Shown here one piece after another: positions 9,439 to 18,726 of a DNA stretch of 64,000 nucleotides. The notes beneath the pieces are model-generated. The model had not been told where the DNA came from. It worked only from the letters and a program-made list of their open reading frames with translations, and did not search any database. The stretch is from Prochloraceae cyanobacterium (GTDB lineage: Bacteria > Cyanobacteriota > Cyanobacteriia > Cyanobacteriales > JASJDA01): contig JASJDA010000019.1 of NCBI GenBank assembly GCA_030065755.1, positions 233 through 64,232 of the forward strand, in the 5' to 3' direction. The translations under genes were made by a program, and so were the position numbers. Each line of letters begins with the position of its first letter. Positions within the stretch are counted from its first letter, which is position 1.

Positions 9439-9650
9439 TGAATATCTCCTCTATTAAGGTTGGGTTTGTAATTACAATTTTCTACTATTGTTGTTATTTT
9501 TTTCTCCAGTAGCGCATCAAATCGTCACAACTTACACAACATTGAAGACTGATACAAGGTTGTTCGCCATTAGGACATAATTTGAAACAAATTGTTTTTG
9601 GTTTTTTGGGATAGCGTCAATAGATTTCTGCGGCTAATAACATTGCTTTG

Positions 9651-9738
9651 GCTATTAGCTGTTAGCTGTTGGCTGTTGGTTGTTGATTATTGGCTTATGG
9701 TTTTCTGGCAAACAGCAATTAGCAAATAGCTAACAGCA
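9651..9738. repeat. Heptamer arrays: GCTGTTR orientation (9651-9700), then AACAGCA orientation (9709-9738)
   Basis: Read directly: gctattagctgttagctgttggctgttggttgttg ... ggcaaacagcaattagcaaatagctaacagc. Confidence 0.85.
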
Positions 9739-9748
9739 TAGAATAAGT

Positions 9749-10335
9749 TTAAGCACTACAATCTTGAATCAATTTGGCAATTAAACCCGTCCAAGCTGTT
9801 TGTTGATTCGCTCCAATCCCTGCCCCATTGTCGCCGTAAAAATATTCATAAAACAGAATTAAATCGCGCCAATGAGTGTTGTTTTGAAATTTATCAATAG
9901 CACCATAAACAGGTCTTTTACCTGAAGAATATTTGACAAAAATCTGAATGAGCCGCCGAGAAAATTCTACAGCAACTTCTTTGAGGTTCATCCAATTCCC
10001 CGAGCCGGTGGGACATTCAACTTTAAAATCATCTCCTAGATAATTATAAAATTCTAAGAACGATTCAACTATTAAAAAGTTTACCGACATCCAAATAGGG
10101 CCGCGCCAATTAGAATTGCCTCCAAATAAACATCGACCATTGCTAAAGGAATGCAGTGAAATGCTAAATCCCAAGCTGGAAACCAAGGATATTCCCACTT
10201 ATCTGGCATTGACAGAATATCGTCATTATGCAGGTGAATCCACTCTTTATTTCTTCCGTTTTTCCTTATTTCATCTGCTAACTGTTCTGATAATTGATAG
10301 ACTTTTAAATTGGTAAAACTAGGTCTGCTTATCAC
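9749..10335 (-). pseudogene. Degraded GH63-like glucosidase (N-terminally truncated, internal deletion, frameshift)
   Basis: Two overlapping frames. One contains [22 protein letters not shown] (mid-protein GH63 motif). The other contains [22 protein letters not shown]...[21 protein letters not shown] (far C-terminal region). Together they cover under 200 aa, whereas intact members of this family are several hundred aa longer. Confidence 0.7.
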
Positions 10336-10351
10336 CTTGAGTTCGTTTCCT

Positions 10352-10447
10352 ACTAGCCAACAGCTAAAAGCTAACAGCTAACAGCTAACAGCCAATAGCC
10401 AACAGCCAATAGCCAACAGCTAACAGCTAACAGCCAACAGCAATTAG
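10352..10447. repeat. Tandem heptamer array, AACAGCY family, about 13 units
   Basis: Read directly: ccaacagctaaaagctaacagctaacagctaacagccaatagccaacagccaatagccaacagctaacagctaacagccaacagcaatt. It overlaps the last ~6 codons and the stop of the downstream glucosidase gene. Confidence 0.9.
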
Positions 10448-12451
10448 CCAAGCACGTAAAACTTCGGCAACACTCCAAGCTTGAGCAAAGCATCCCCTGG
10501 GTGTAAAAGGTGCATCTGCGTCGAAAATTTCGCTGATATTACCTACACAACTATCTTGGATATGGTTTGCCATTGGTTCTAGGAAACTACGAGCTAAAGC
10601 TGGATTTTGATACACTTTCAAGTGAGCTTGTACAAAATGACCGATTAACCATCCCCAAGTAGTACCTTGATGATAGGAACCATCTCTCTGCAATCGATCG
10701 CCTCCATAGCGTTCGGTGTACTTAGGATGACTGGGAGAAAGCGATCGCAACCCGTAGGAAGTTAATAAAGTTGTCGCCACTTTATCCACTACACTCCTTT
10801 GTTGAGAGGTGCTTAGTAGGGACGGAAAACTTGAAACCGAATCCATAGCAGGTAAGGAAACAGCAAAAATCTGATTGGGACGCAAAGATAGATCGTTTCC
10901 TTCTGGCGTATCTAATACGTCATAGCAATAACCCTCAGCGTCGTCCCAAAATCTTTGAAAAGCTTCTTTTGTCTTAGCTGCCATTTGCTCGTATTCTGAG
11001 GCAGATTTACCCAAAATGCCAGCAAAATGCGCCATAGAAACTAGAGCATTGTACCACAGAGCATTTACTTCGACTGGTTTGCCAATACGGGGAGTGACTA
11101 CCCAATCTTCAACCTTGGCATCCATCCAGGTAAGCTGTACTCCAGTTTCCCCAGCATAAATTAAACCATCCCGATCTAAATGAATGTTATAGCGAGTTCC
11201 TTTAACGTGCCAGTCAATAATCTCTGCCAACAAAGGAAATAATTGAGCCAGAAATTCTCGATCGCCAGTGGCTTGGTAATAGGTGCGAATTGCCTCAAAA
11301 TACCAGAGAGTAGCATCAACGGTATTGTATTCTGGCACTTCTCCCGCGTCGGGAAAAAGATTAGGTAACATTCCGCGATCGACATACTTGGCAAAAGTAC
11401 TTAAAATCTTGCGAGCAATTTCTACTCGACCTGTACTTACTGTCAATCCTGGCAAACTAATCATCGTATCCCTTCCCCAATCAGTAAACCAGGGATAACC
11501 TGCAATGATAGTTTTTCCATCTGGATCGTCGTTTAAAGGGCGATCGACAATAAATCGATCTGCAGCAAGAACTAATTGTTCGACCCAACTAGGTATATTA
11601 TCGGTAGCCAGATTACTCTTTGAATACCAAAGATCTAATATTTGCCGATCGTAATCTTGTCTGCGATCGAGAGCGATTTTGCTATCTAATTTAGGGTTGT
11701 TTTGCGTACTTGCAATAACTGTAAAAGATTCTCCAAGTTGCAAAGTCACGCTACAAGTAGCAGCATGAAGACGATCTTCAATATCGTCTAAACCGCGATA
11801 ACTTTCTACTGATAAAGCAAAATTTTCATACCAAGTATGATTAATTTGCCAGTCAAAATTTGCTTTGTCTCCATCTTGAGTTGCCAGTAAATATAAAGTA
11901 GCAGCCTTAGGAAATGCCGTGACATTAATTCCCCGATCGATCTCTTCAATTTGCATTTGCCAACCATCATTATGGGTACTGCTGTGATAGTCTCGATAGT
12001 TAACCAAAGCTTTTAGAGATAGAGTTAGAGGCTGACTTCCCCGATAAAAGGTATAGCGAATATAGGTAGTGTTTTCTCCTTGTTGCATCCAAATTCGCTT
12101 TTCTATTAGTGCATCAGCACAAGCAAATGTCCATACTGGTATAGTTCCATCTAAACGAAAACTTTCTAGATTGAGATAGCCATGAGGTTCGATCGTCCCA
12201 TCTGCCCAACGATTAGTATAGAGAGGGTAGAATCGATCGTTATATTGAATAGTTTCATCTAACTGAGTTAATAATAAAGTGCGAGCCACAGGAGGCTTGA
12301 GAGCAGCTATAAGTAAGCCGTGATAGCGTCTGGTCGAAACTCCAGCCACAGTACCAGCAGCATAACCGCCAATACCGTTAGTTACTAACCATTCCCGTGT
12401 TTCCGCAGTAGCTAAATTCCCACAAATTTCTCGTCCAAAATGAATATTCAT
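10427..12451 (-). CDS. Glycogen debranching enzyme family protein (amylo-alpha-1,6-glucosidase)
   Basis: 674 aa. N-terminal motif REWLVTNGIGGYAAGTVAGVSTRRYHGLL, and a C-terminal (alpha/alpha)6 region (GYPWFTDWGRDTMISL, TWMDAKV, GSYHQGTTWGWLIG). Confidence 0.88.
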   Translation of the reverse strand: MNIHFGREICGNLATAETREWLVTNGIGGYAAGTVAGVSTRRYHGLLIAALKPPVARTLLLTQLDETIQYNDRFYPLYTNRWADGTIEPHGYLNLESFRLDGTIPVWTFACADALIEKRIWMQQGENTTYIRYTFYRGSQPLTLSLKALVNYRDYHSSTHNDGWQMQIEEIDRGINVTAFPKAATLYLLATQDGDKANFDWQINHTWYENFALSVESYRGLDDIEDRLHAATCSVTLQLGESFTVIASTQNNPKLDSKIALDRRQDYDRQILDLWYSKSNLATDNIPSWVEQLVLAADRFIVDRPLNDDPDGKTIIAGYPWFTDWGRDTMISLPGLTVSTGRVEIARKILSTFAKYVDRGMLPNLFPDAGEVPEYNTVDATLWYFEAIRTYYQATGDREFLAQLFPLLAEIIDWHVKGTRYNIHLDRDGLIYAGETGVQLTWMDAKVEDWVVTPRIGKPVEVNALWYNALVSMAHFAGILGKSASEYEQMAAKTKEAFQRFWDDAEGYCYDVLDTPEGNDLSLRPNQIFAVSLPAMDSVSSFPSLLSTSQQRSVVDKVATTLLTSYGLRSLSPSHPKYTERYGGDRLQRDGSYHQGTTWGWLIGHFVQAHLKVYQNPALARSFLEPMANHIQDSCVGNISEIFDADAPFTPRGCFAQAWSVAEVLRAWLIAVGC

Positions 12452-12453
12452 TA

Positions 12454-12813
12454 CTAATCGGTAATTGAATGACAGGTTAAAGGGACTCGAAACGTTTCTC
12501 CAAAAGCAGGTTTATAGTTTAACTGTAAGGTTTCCCACTCATAACACCCTTGGGGAATACCTATATCGGCTAAAATTAAATCTCCAGTTACCTCAGGTAA
12601 TAAACCCGTTTTTGGCAAAGCTAGAGTCATTGTCCAACGGGCGCGAATATAATCTCCTATAGTTTCTCCTGTAGTTGAATCTACACCAGAAGGAGTATCT
12701 AAACAGAGAATCGGTGCATCTTGAGTATTTGCCCAGTTAATTAGTTTTAAAGCATTACCTCTAGGTGCAGCCTGCAAACTATAACCAATAAGAGCATCAA
12801 TTATTGTTTCCAA
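12454..12813 (-). pseudogene. NAD(P)H-hydrate epimerase (YjeF N-terminal domain), C-terminal half only
   Basis: IDALIGYSLQAAPRG...PILCLDTPSGVDSTTG matches the distal half of YjeF_N. There is no ATG (TTG only), and the in-frame upstream sequence is unrelated and closed by a stop near 12878. Confidence 0.6.
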
Positions 12814-13230
12814 GTTATGTCGGAAAAAAGCGGCAAAAATTGCTGAATACTCAATCTAATTTGAGTTTTATTGTCTTTTTTCTGGCGATCGCTGGAAGTT
12901 AAAGATAGTACTTATATCCTATACGTGTAGAACAGTTTTTGTAACAGAATGTATCTGAGTTTTTGAGATGGATTTTGATTCTTATTTTGAGAGAGATTGC
13001 AGGATGTTGTTGAGTTTTACTTCGCGCAACCCAACTTACAATATTGGCGATCTTACTTACTATCGATCGTCAGAATTGTCTGCTGGCGGATACAATATAA
13101 CTATAATGTCAAGTGGAATAGTAGTCAGTCTTTTTAAGAGATTAGAATTAAGAAAAAATTCTCCGCTTTTTTCAGCAGAAAAAAAGCCACAGTAAATCTC
13201 TATTTTACAAACTTCTATTATTTTTTTAAA

Positions 13231-13482
13231 TTAATTGATATTTTTATCAATAAGAGAAACTAGCTCTTCTATATGTATATGTAATGGCTCTTCTTCATTT
13301 GTTTGACTATCAACTATCCAAGATGATTCTGGTCTAATTATAGTATTAGGAACGCGAGGATTAAGTGGAGTTCCTTTTTCATGAGAAACTGTGGGATTAA
13401 TTTTTAAAATACTTGTTATCTCTTTTGCACTTATTATTTTACTTGTAATACAAATACTAGCTTTGTTATATGATTTTTCCAT
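13231..13482 (-). CDS. DUF4279-like protein, probably C-terminally truncated
   Basis: 83 aa. ASICITSKIISAKEITSILKINPTVSHEKGTP resembles the N-terminal half of DUF4279 proteins, which I recall as noticeably longer. Confidence 0.45.
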   Translation of the reverse strand: MEKSYNKASICITSKIISAKEITSILKINPTVSHEKGTPLNPRVPNTIIRPESSWIVDSQTNEEEPLHIHIEELVSLIDKNIN

Positions 13483-13516
13483 ATTTACGATTTACCTATC
13501 TCTAGACTTCTATTTG

Positions 13517-13562
13517 CTGTTTGCTATTAAAACCAACAGCAAACAGCAAACAGCAAACAGCT
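13517..13562. repeat. Tandem heptamer array, AACAGCA family
   Basis: Read directly: ctgtttgctattaaaaccaacagcaaacagcaaacagcaaacagc. It abuts the stop codon of the methyltransferase gene. Confidence 0.85.
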
Positions 13563-14394
13563 AATTCCGACTTCGAGCAAAACTACCTGACCTATAGACC
13601 TCGTACATTAGCAAACTTCCTGCTACAGCGAGATTTAAGGAGTCAGCCTCACCTACCATCGGTATGCGGACTAGATCGTGGCACAAGTCTCGCTGTTGTC
13701 TAGTGAGACCTTGCCGCTCTTCGCCGAAGAAAAGAAGAGTAGAACGAGGATAATTGAACTTGTGAAAGTCGGCTGTTCCATCGGGAGATGCACCAACAAC
13801 ACTACAAGAGTGGCGGCGCACCCAATGATGAAGCGATGAGAAGTTAGTGCGCACTATCTTTTGATGGAAGATTGCACCCATACTAGGTCGAATAACGTTG
13901 GGGTCAAACGGATCGGCTTTGGTTCCGAGAAAGATAAAACCCGCTCCACCCACTGCGTCTGAAGTACGAATTAAGGTTCCTAAGTTGCCTGGCGATCGAA
14001 CAGTTTCGAGAGCTACCCAACACAAGCCAACTTGTGGCGAGACATGATGCAGCTTAGACCAATGCTGACGAACGATCGCGCCAATCCCTGAGGCTCTCGG
14101 ACAACAAGAGATGCTTCGGAATTGTTCGGGTGTGAGGTTAATAGTTGGGATACCCTGGCGACGAGACCTGCGAACTAGCTTTCTTGCTGGGGGTACGGTG
14201 AGTAACTTCTCGCTGAACAAGATTGTCGATATATTGAAGTTATTCTCAATTGCTCGTATAAAGTTACGCACGCCCTCGATGTAGAATAAGCCACGGGCAT
14301 CGCGGTGAGAGCGATCGATTTGGAGTTTCTTTACTTCGGCTAATGTAACCTCAACATCTAGCCGAGTTCGATCGGAACCCTTAGCTCCGATCAT
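13561..14394 (-). CDS. TrmH/SpoU-family RNA 2'-O-methyltransferase
   Basis: 277 aa. SpoU motifs NLGTLIRTSDAVGG, LFFGEERQGLT and IPMVGEADSLNLAVAGSLLMYE. GC is visibly higher (about 50 percent in sampled lines) than in the flanks. Confidence 0.85.
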   Translation of the reverse strand: MIGAKGSDRTRLDVEVTLAEVKKLQIDRSHRDARGLFYIEGVRNFIRAIENNFNISTILFSEKLLTVPPARKLVRRSRRQGIPTINLTPEQFRSISCCPRASGIGAIVRQHWSKLHHVSPQVGLCWVALETVRSPGNLGTLIRTSDAVGGAGFIFLGTKADPFDPNVIRPSMGAIFHQKIVRTNFSSLHHWVRRHSCSVVGASPDGTADFHKFNYPRSTLLFFGEERQGLTRQQRDLCHDLVRIPMVGEADSLNLAVAGSLLMYEVYRSGSFARSRN

Positions 14395-14584
14395 CCTCCT
14401 TCTGTGGAGTCTTCTGACTCTCTACAGGTGAAATTCTCAATATCATAATGAAAAGGGAAAGTAAAACTGCCAAACTTGGCACGTAATTACGACACAAAAA
14501 TTATAGCATCCGATTGAGACTGGGCTGTGCATTGCAACCACAATTGTTATGAACTACTCCACAGAACAGATATTAATTTAGATC

Positions 14585-14656
14585 GGGAACTTGCCAAATT
14601 TTAACAGTCTTATCCAAGCTACTACTAACAATAACTCGATCGTCACTTGCGATCGC
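14585..14656 (-). pseudogene. Isolated WD40-repeat remnant
   Basis: The minus-strand frame reads AIASDDRVIVSSSLDKTVKIWQVP, a single WD40 blade signature (DKTVKIW). There is no surrounding ORF. Confidence 0.35.
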
Positions 14657-14819
14657 GAATAGTTTTTAAATGTTCTGGTTCGTCTCGTGCTTGCCAATTT
14701 TCAATAATTTCTGACCTGACAATACTCTCGATGCAAAACTCCTCAAAACAATATAAAAGGCGAGCGCAACTAAAATAAAGATAATAGAAGATAGCATTAT
14801 ATTAATTGAACAAAATGTC

Positions 14820-14865
14820 GAACGCAGTCCCCATCTATAATCTTTGATTTAGATGGGGTGCGTTC
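14820..14865. repeat. Long near-perfect hairpin in a divergent intergenic region
   Basis: gaacgcagtccccatcta / tagatggggtgcgttc form a stem of about 16-18 bp with one mismatch (g in the left arm opposite t in the right) and a loop of about 12 nt. It lies about 80 nt upstream of the 14948 CDS. Confidence 0.7.
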
Positions 14866-14947
14866 AATCCCTAACTAATTGTAGATCGCCAAATCAGAGA
14901 TTTTGGTGGAAACTTAAACCCAATGAAAGTTGGAATGAGGAGTAAAG

Positions 14948-16111
14948 GTGGATATAAAAGCAGATGCACTCGTAAAATCAATGTATGAGGCAATCGATCG
15001 CAGGGATATAGCTGCTGCAATGGAGTTTATAGATGAAGAGTGCGTATATCAAGATCTGAACTTTCCCGAACCTTTTAAGGGTAAAGAAGCAGTCCGAAAA
15101 CTCTTCGAGAAATCTTGTGAAAGCATACCTGACGATTTATTATTCGTTATTGACGATATAACTACGGAAGATCCCTTAGCTGTAGGAGTAGTATGGCACG
15201 TAGAACTTGAAGGGATACCCTTACCCAACGGAAGAGGTGTAAGTTTCTATCGTCTTTCAAAAGAAACAGGTAAATTAGTCTTTGCTCGCGATATTGTGGA
15301 ACCGCCAATAAAACCAGGTGATGTATCCTTTTTTATTATCCGACTCATATCTCCACTGGTGCGAAAGTTCCTCAAACCGCAACAGGAAAATAAAAAACCA
15401 GGTCAACCTTTAGTTTCGCTGTTTTTCTGGCTTCTTGCTGCTGCATACATTTATATCCTTCTGCTTTCTCCTCCAGACCAAATACTCCCTGGAGAGCCAG
15501 CTTGGGCCATACAACCAGACACTCTACAAGAAGTCCTCGACGAATCGATAAATTTCTTCTTCGTCCTGCCAATTTTAAACGCGATCGGAATTCATACGAT
15601 GAAAGCGCCTACAGTTCATCCCGTATCGGAGGCGTTTTTTAACTTTGCAGTGGGGTGGATGTTTATGTTTTTGCCACTAATGCTAGCCGATCGCCGAGGT
15701 GACAGCCTTCCCAAAGTAGCTATATGGGGTCTGGGTATGTTTTTAACTAATGCTTTCCTGACTCCTTATATGGCACTACGCGCCGCTAAACCAATACCAG
15801 AAGAAGAAGATAATAATATTAAAAAAGGAGCGATCGCTCGCGTTTTTGGTTGGATTGGTCTTTTAGTAGGGACTACGGCTGTAGTTTGGTTTTTCTTTGC
15901 TAGACCAGAATTTGGAGGTGTGTCGGAAAGATTGCAGTATTTTGTAGAACAGTTAACTAGCCAGCGACTTACTTTTGCTTTTGCGGTAGATTTGATATTA
16001 TTTTCTATCTTCCAAGCGATATTATTGGGTTCGGTGCAACCAGTTGGCAGCAAGAGACGATGGTTGAGATTCATTCCTTTCTGGGGACTCGTTGCTTGGC
16101 TGATATTGTAG
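14948..16111 (+). CDS. SnoaL/NTF2-like domain fused to a polytopic membrane domain
   Basis: GTG start preceded by aggag. The N-terminal ~130 aa show an NTF2-like pattern (MYEAIDRRDIAAAMEFIDEECVYQD...). About 6 TM helices follow. Confidence 0.7.
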   Translation: MDIKADALVKSMYEAIDRRDIAAAMEFIDEECVYQDLNFPEPFKGKEAVRKLFEKSCESIPDDLLFVIDDITTEDPLAVGVVWHVELEGIPLPNGRGVSFYRLSKETGKLVFARDIVEPPIKPGDVSFFIIRLISPLVRKFLKPQQENKKPGQPLVSLFFWLLAAAYIYILLLSPPDQILPGEPAWAIQPDTLQEVLDESINFFFVLPILNAIGIHTMKAPTVHPVSEAFFNFAVGWMFMFLPLMLADRRGDSLPKVAIWGLGMFLTNAFLTPYMALRAAKPIPEEEDNNIKKGAIARVFGWIGLLVGTTAVVWFFFARPEFGGVSERLQYFVEQLTSQRLTFAFAVDLILFSIFQAILLGSVQPVGSKRRWLRFIPFWGLVAWLIL

Positions 16112-16133
16112 GGGGCGATCGAGGGATTTATTA

Positions 16134-18575
16134 TCAAATTTTTCGAGATCCTGTTTTATCCATCAATTGCTTGGTTATCTCAAGATAGTTCTCAGTTTGA
16201 TCTATCTGCTTGCTGGCTTCGGGAAGTAAATAACTGAGATTAGATATCAATTGTTCTTGTTTTTCTTTAGATAACTTGCGATCGGCTTGTGTCTGTCTTA
16301 AATTATCTCGATATCTGCAAAGATAAGCATCGAGACGCTTAAAATATTCATTTACTCTCTGCTGAAAATCTGCGTCTATATACTCAGTAATCCCTCGATT
16401 GATAGCATTCACACTTTTTTCAATTTGCTCGTTAATTTGAGTTACTAATTCTGCAAGATAAACAGTATAGTATGTTTCTTTTTTATCTGGCTTTTTGTAT
16501 GTTTCGGTAACTGCAACGGGTACTAACCACAACCAGTGAGTCCACTTTCTCTTTGTAACCATCCGTTTTCCATATCCCCGATCGACCGATCGAGTATTGT
16601 ATTTGACACTAGGTTTATCTACTTCTAGATCCTCAGCTTCTAATGTAGGTGTTGGTAAAACTAAATCTACGTCGAAAGCTTCTTGTAACCTCGACGTGGC
16701 TCTTTGGAGAATTGGTTTAGTCTCTTTTTCCAGAAAATAAGTTAATCCAGTGCGTGCATTTTTTATTTCGCTTTCAGAGTTTTTGCGGACACTATATAGC
16801 AAGCTTTCTGCTCTTTGTTTTGCCCAAGCAACTGCTTGATTAGCATATTCTTGTGCTTGCTCTTCAGTATGACACTCAACTACCCCTTTGGTTTGATATT
16901 TAACAGTAGACTTAAATCTTTGAGAAATCCATTTAGGAAATAATTCAACGTCGCTAATCTTAGTTAATAAAATTTCCCTAGCTTTCATGTCAATTTTTTC
17001 GACTATATTACCTCGATCGTAGTCTTCTTCTACAAAATAATCTTCAATACTAACTTTTGCTTCTTCTTTGAGCTGTTCGAGGATTTCGGTTAAATTGTGC
17101 TGAAGCGATTGTTTAATATTGTCTATTTCTGTTAATCGATTTCTACATAGCTCTAGATGTTTTAAATCTGCTTCTAGCGCCTCTACTTCTGTTTGCAATT
17201 TTTCTGCATCTTGTGAAATTGCCCGATTGCGAAGATTTAAATCGTCTTTTAAAGCTAATAAAAGGTTGCGACAGCGCATAAGTGCAGATTCCATACATCG
17301 AGGAGCGGCGCTTTCCATTAGTGCGGCGATCGCTTTTTCTAAAAAAGGTTTAAAACCAGATTTTTTCCAAAGTCTCTGAGCTTTTTTGTGTAAAATTTCT
17401 AATGTTGCATCTTCTAATTCTTCTTCCCAATCAATACCAAATACTTCTTGGGCTAATGCTTCTGCTGTTGCCATCTCAGAGATATCTACACCAGGATTTT
17501 GCTTTAATTCTAGTAAAAATTTAGTAGCAGAAAATCCTTGTATTGCGGAAATTTCAAAGACTTTATCCATATCGCTAGACTCGCTCAAACCTAAGTCAGC
17601 AAAAACAAACTCTTTGACCTGTTCGGTAGTCATATCACCTTTTCTGCGCTGGTCAACTTTGTTAACCAATACATAAAGGTTTTCTTCTCCTATTAACTCA
17701 ATAACTGGTTGAACTTGTTTTTTAATTTCTTCTGCTGCTTTGTTATTTAGTTGGGTAAAGTCGAGAACAATTAAAACAATAGAACTTCTTTGTAATTCCT
17801 GTTCTACTACTGCTGTTAATTTGAGGTTGTCTCCTGCTTCGTTGGGTCCAGGTGTATCTACAATTACTAAGTTTCCCAATTGTTCCGAGCGATCGCTTCC
17901 TTGAGAACGCCAAAAAGGAGTTTCAATATAGGGAACCTCTCTAAGTCGAGATAGAGGCTCGTTGAGGGGATCTAAACTACTACAAAGACGAACAACATCA
18001 TTTAAACTGGTCAAAACTTTCCCGATTTCTTGGCATCCAGAAACTCGATCGGGAATGACGAAAATATTAGTATTTTTAATTTCCTTAGCTAATTCCATTA
18101 AATGAGGATACTGAGCTAGTTGCTCCTCCATCCACTCAGTTCCCAAGGAGTTAATATGAAGATGTAAACTATTATATGTGTCTAAAAAAACCGAGATAAT
18201 TTCTTCTTTTAGTACTAAAATTGGTTCTGTTAATTCGGGATTAAAGACAATCTTGGTAGGAAGAGTTGTCATTGCTGAATTGCGACTGGGTAAAAGATCT
18301 TGACCGGCGATCGCATTAATAATAGTTGACTTACCAGCTTTCATCGGTGCAACGATCGCCATTCTCAGTTCTAGGGTTTCTACATTCCGAACTGATTCCT
18401 CTATTTCCCTTTCAAATTCTCCGTATTTCTGACCAGAACTATCAGCAATAAAATCGTTTTTGGCACGTTTCATTAGCGTGCCGATCTGTTTTAGCAAGTC
18501 GATAACATCTAATTTTAAATCTTGAATATTACCTTTTATGTCTTTGATTTCAGGTTTTATTTTTGAAGCAACCAT
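16134..18575 (-). CDS. Bacterial dynamin-like protein (large GTPase)
   Basis: 813 aa. G1 APMKAGKST, G3 DTPGPNE, G4 NKVD. A long coiled-coil stalk follows. Confidence 0.85.
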   Translation of the reverse strand: MVASKIKPEIKDIKGNIQDLKLDVIDLLKQIGTLMKRAKNDFIADSSGQKYGEFEREIEESVRNVETLELRMAIVAPMKAGKSTIINAIAGQDLLPSRNSAMTTLPTKIVFNPELTEPILVLKEEIISVFLDTYNSLHLHINSLGTEWMEEQLAQYPHLMELAKEIKNTNIFVIPDRVSGCQEIGKVLTSLNDVVRLCSSLDPLNEPLSRLREVPYIETPFWRSQGSDRSEQLGNLVIVDTPGPNEAGDNLKLTAVVEQELQRSSIVLIVLDFTQLNNKAAEEIKKQVQPVIELIGEENLYVLVNKVDQRRKGDMTTEQVKEFVFADLGLSESSDMDKVFEISAIQGFSATKFLLELKQNPGVDISEMATAEALAQEVFGIDWEEELEDATLEILHKKAQRLWKKSGFKPFLEKAIAALMESAAPRCMESALMRCRNLLLALKDDLNLRNRAISQDAEKLQTEVEALEADLKHLELCRNRLTEIDNIKQSLQHNLTEILEQLKEEAKVSIEDYFVEEDYDRGNIVEKIDMKAREILLTKISDVELFPKWISQRFKSTVKYQTKGVVECHTEEQAQEYANQAVAWAKQRAESLLYSVRKNSESEIKNARTGLTYFLEKETKPILQRATSRLQEAFDVDLVLPTPTLEAEDLEVDKPSVKYNTRSVDRGYGKRMVTKRKWTHWLWLVPVAVTETYKKPDKKETYYTVYLAELVTQINEQIEKSVNAINRGITEYIDADFQQRVNEYFKRLDAYLCRYRDNLRQTQADRKLSKEKQEQLISNLSYLLPEASKQIDQTENYLEITKQLMDKTGSRKI

Positions 18576-18726
18576 ATAGATTTTTATCTTAAACTTAATA
18601 AGAGTCTGACATAGGTTAAATTCTCAAAACCTGAGTAAATATACGGAAAGTAGTGTTAAGCTTCTAGTAGTTAAATTTTATTTTTGCAACAGTCATTTAT
18701 TTATGACTGATTAAATATAATTGGTA

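Noticed and set aside
9490-9620. Cys-rich minus-strand frame (…ICFKLCPNGEQPCISLQCCVSCDDLMRYWRKK)
   Set aside because: It has no ATG, GTG or TTG start between the upstream stop and the last few codons. It may be a decayed fragment and cannot be called.
12968-13195. 75-aa plus-strand ORF
   Set aside because: It lies in a degraded intergenic stretch between two truncated genes. It has no ribosome-binding site and no motifs.
14850-14880. tRNA-like T-arm (ggtgcgttcaatccc)
   Set aside because: It is the 3' arm of the long hairpin. No acceptor, D or anticodon arms can be built around it.
17119-17676. Two plus-strand ORFs (86 and 96 aa)
   Set aside because: They are antisense inside the dynamin-like gene, with Ser-rich low-complexity translation.
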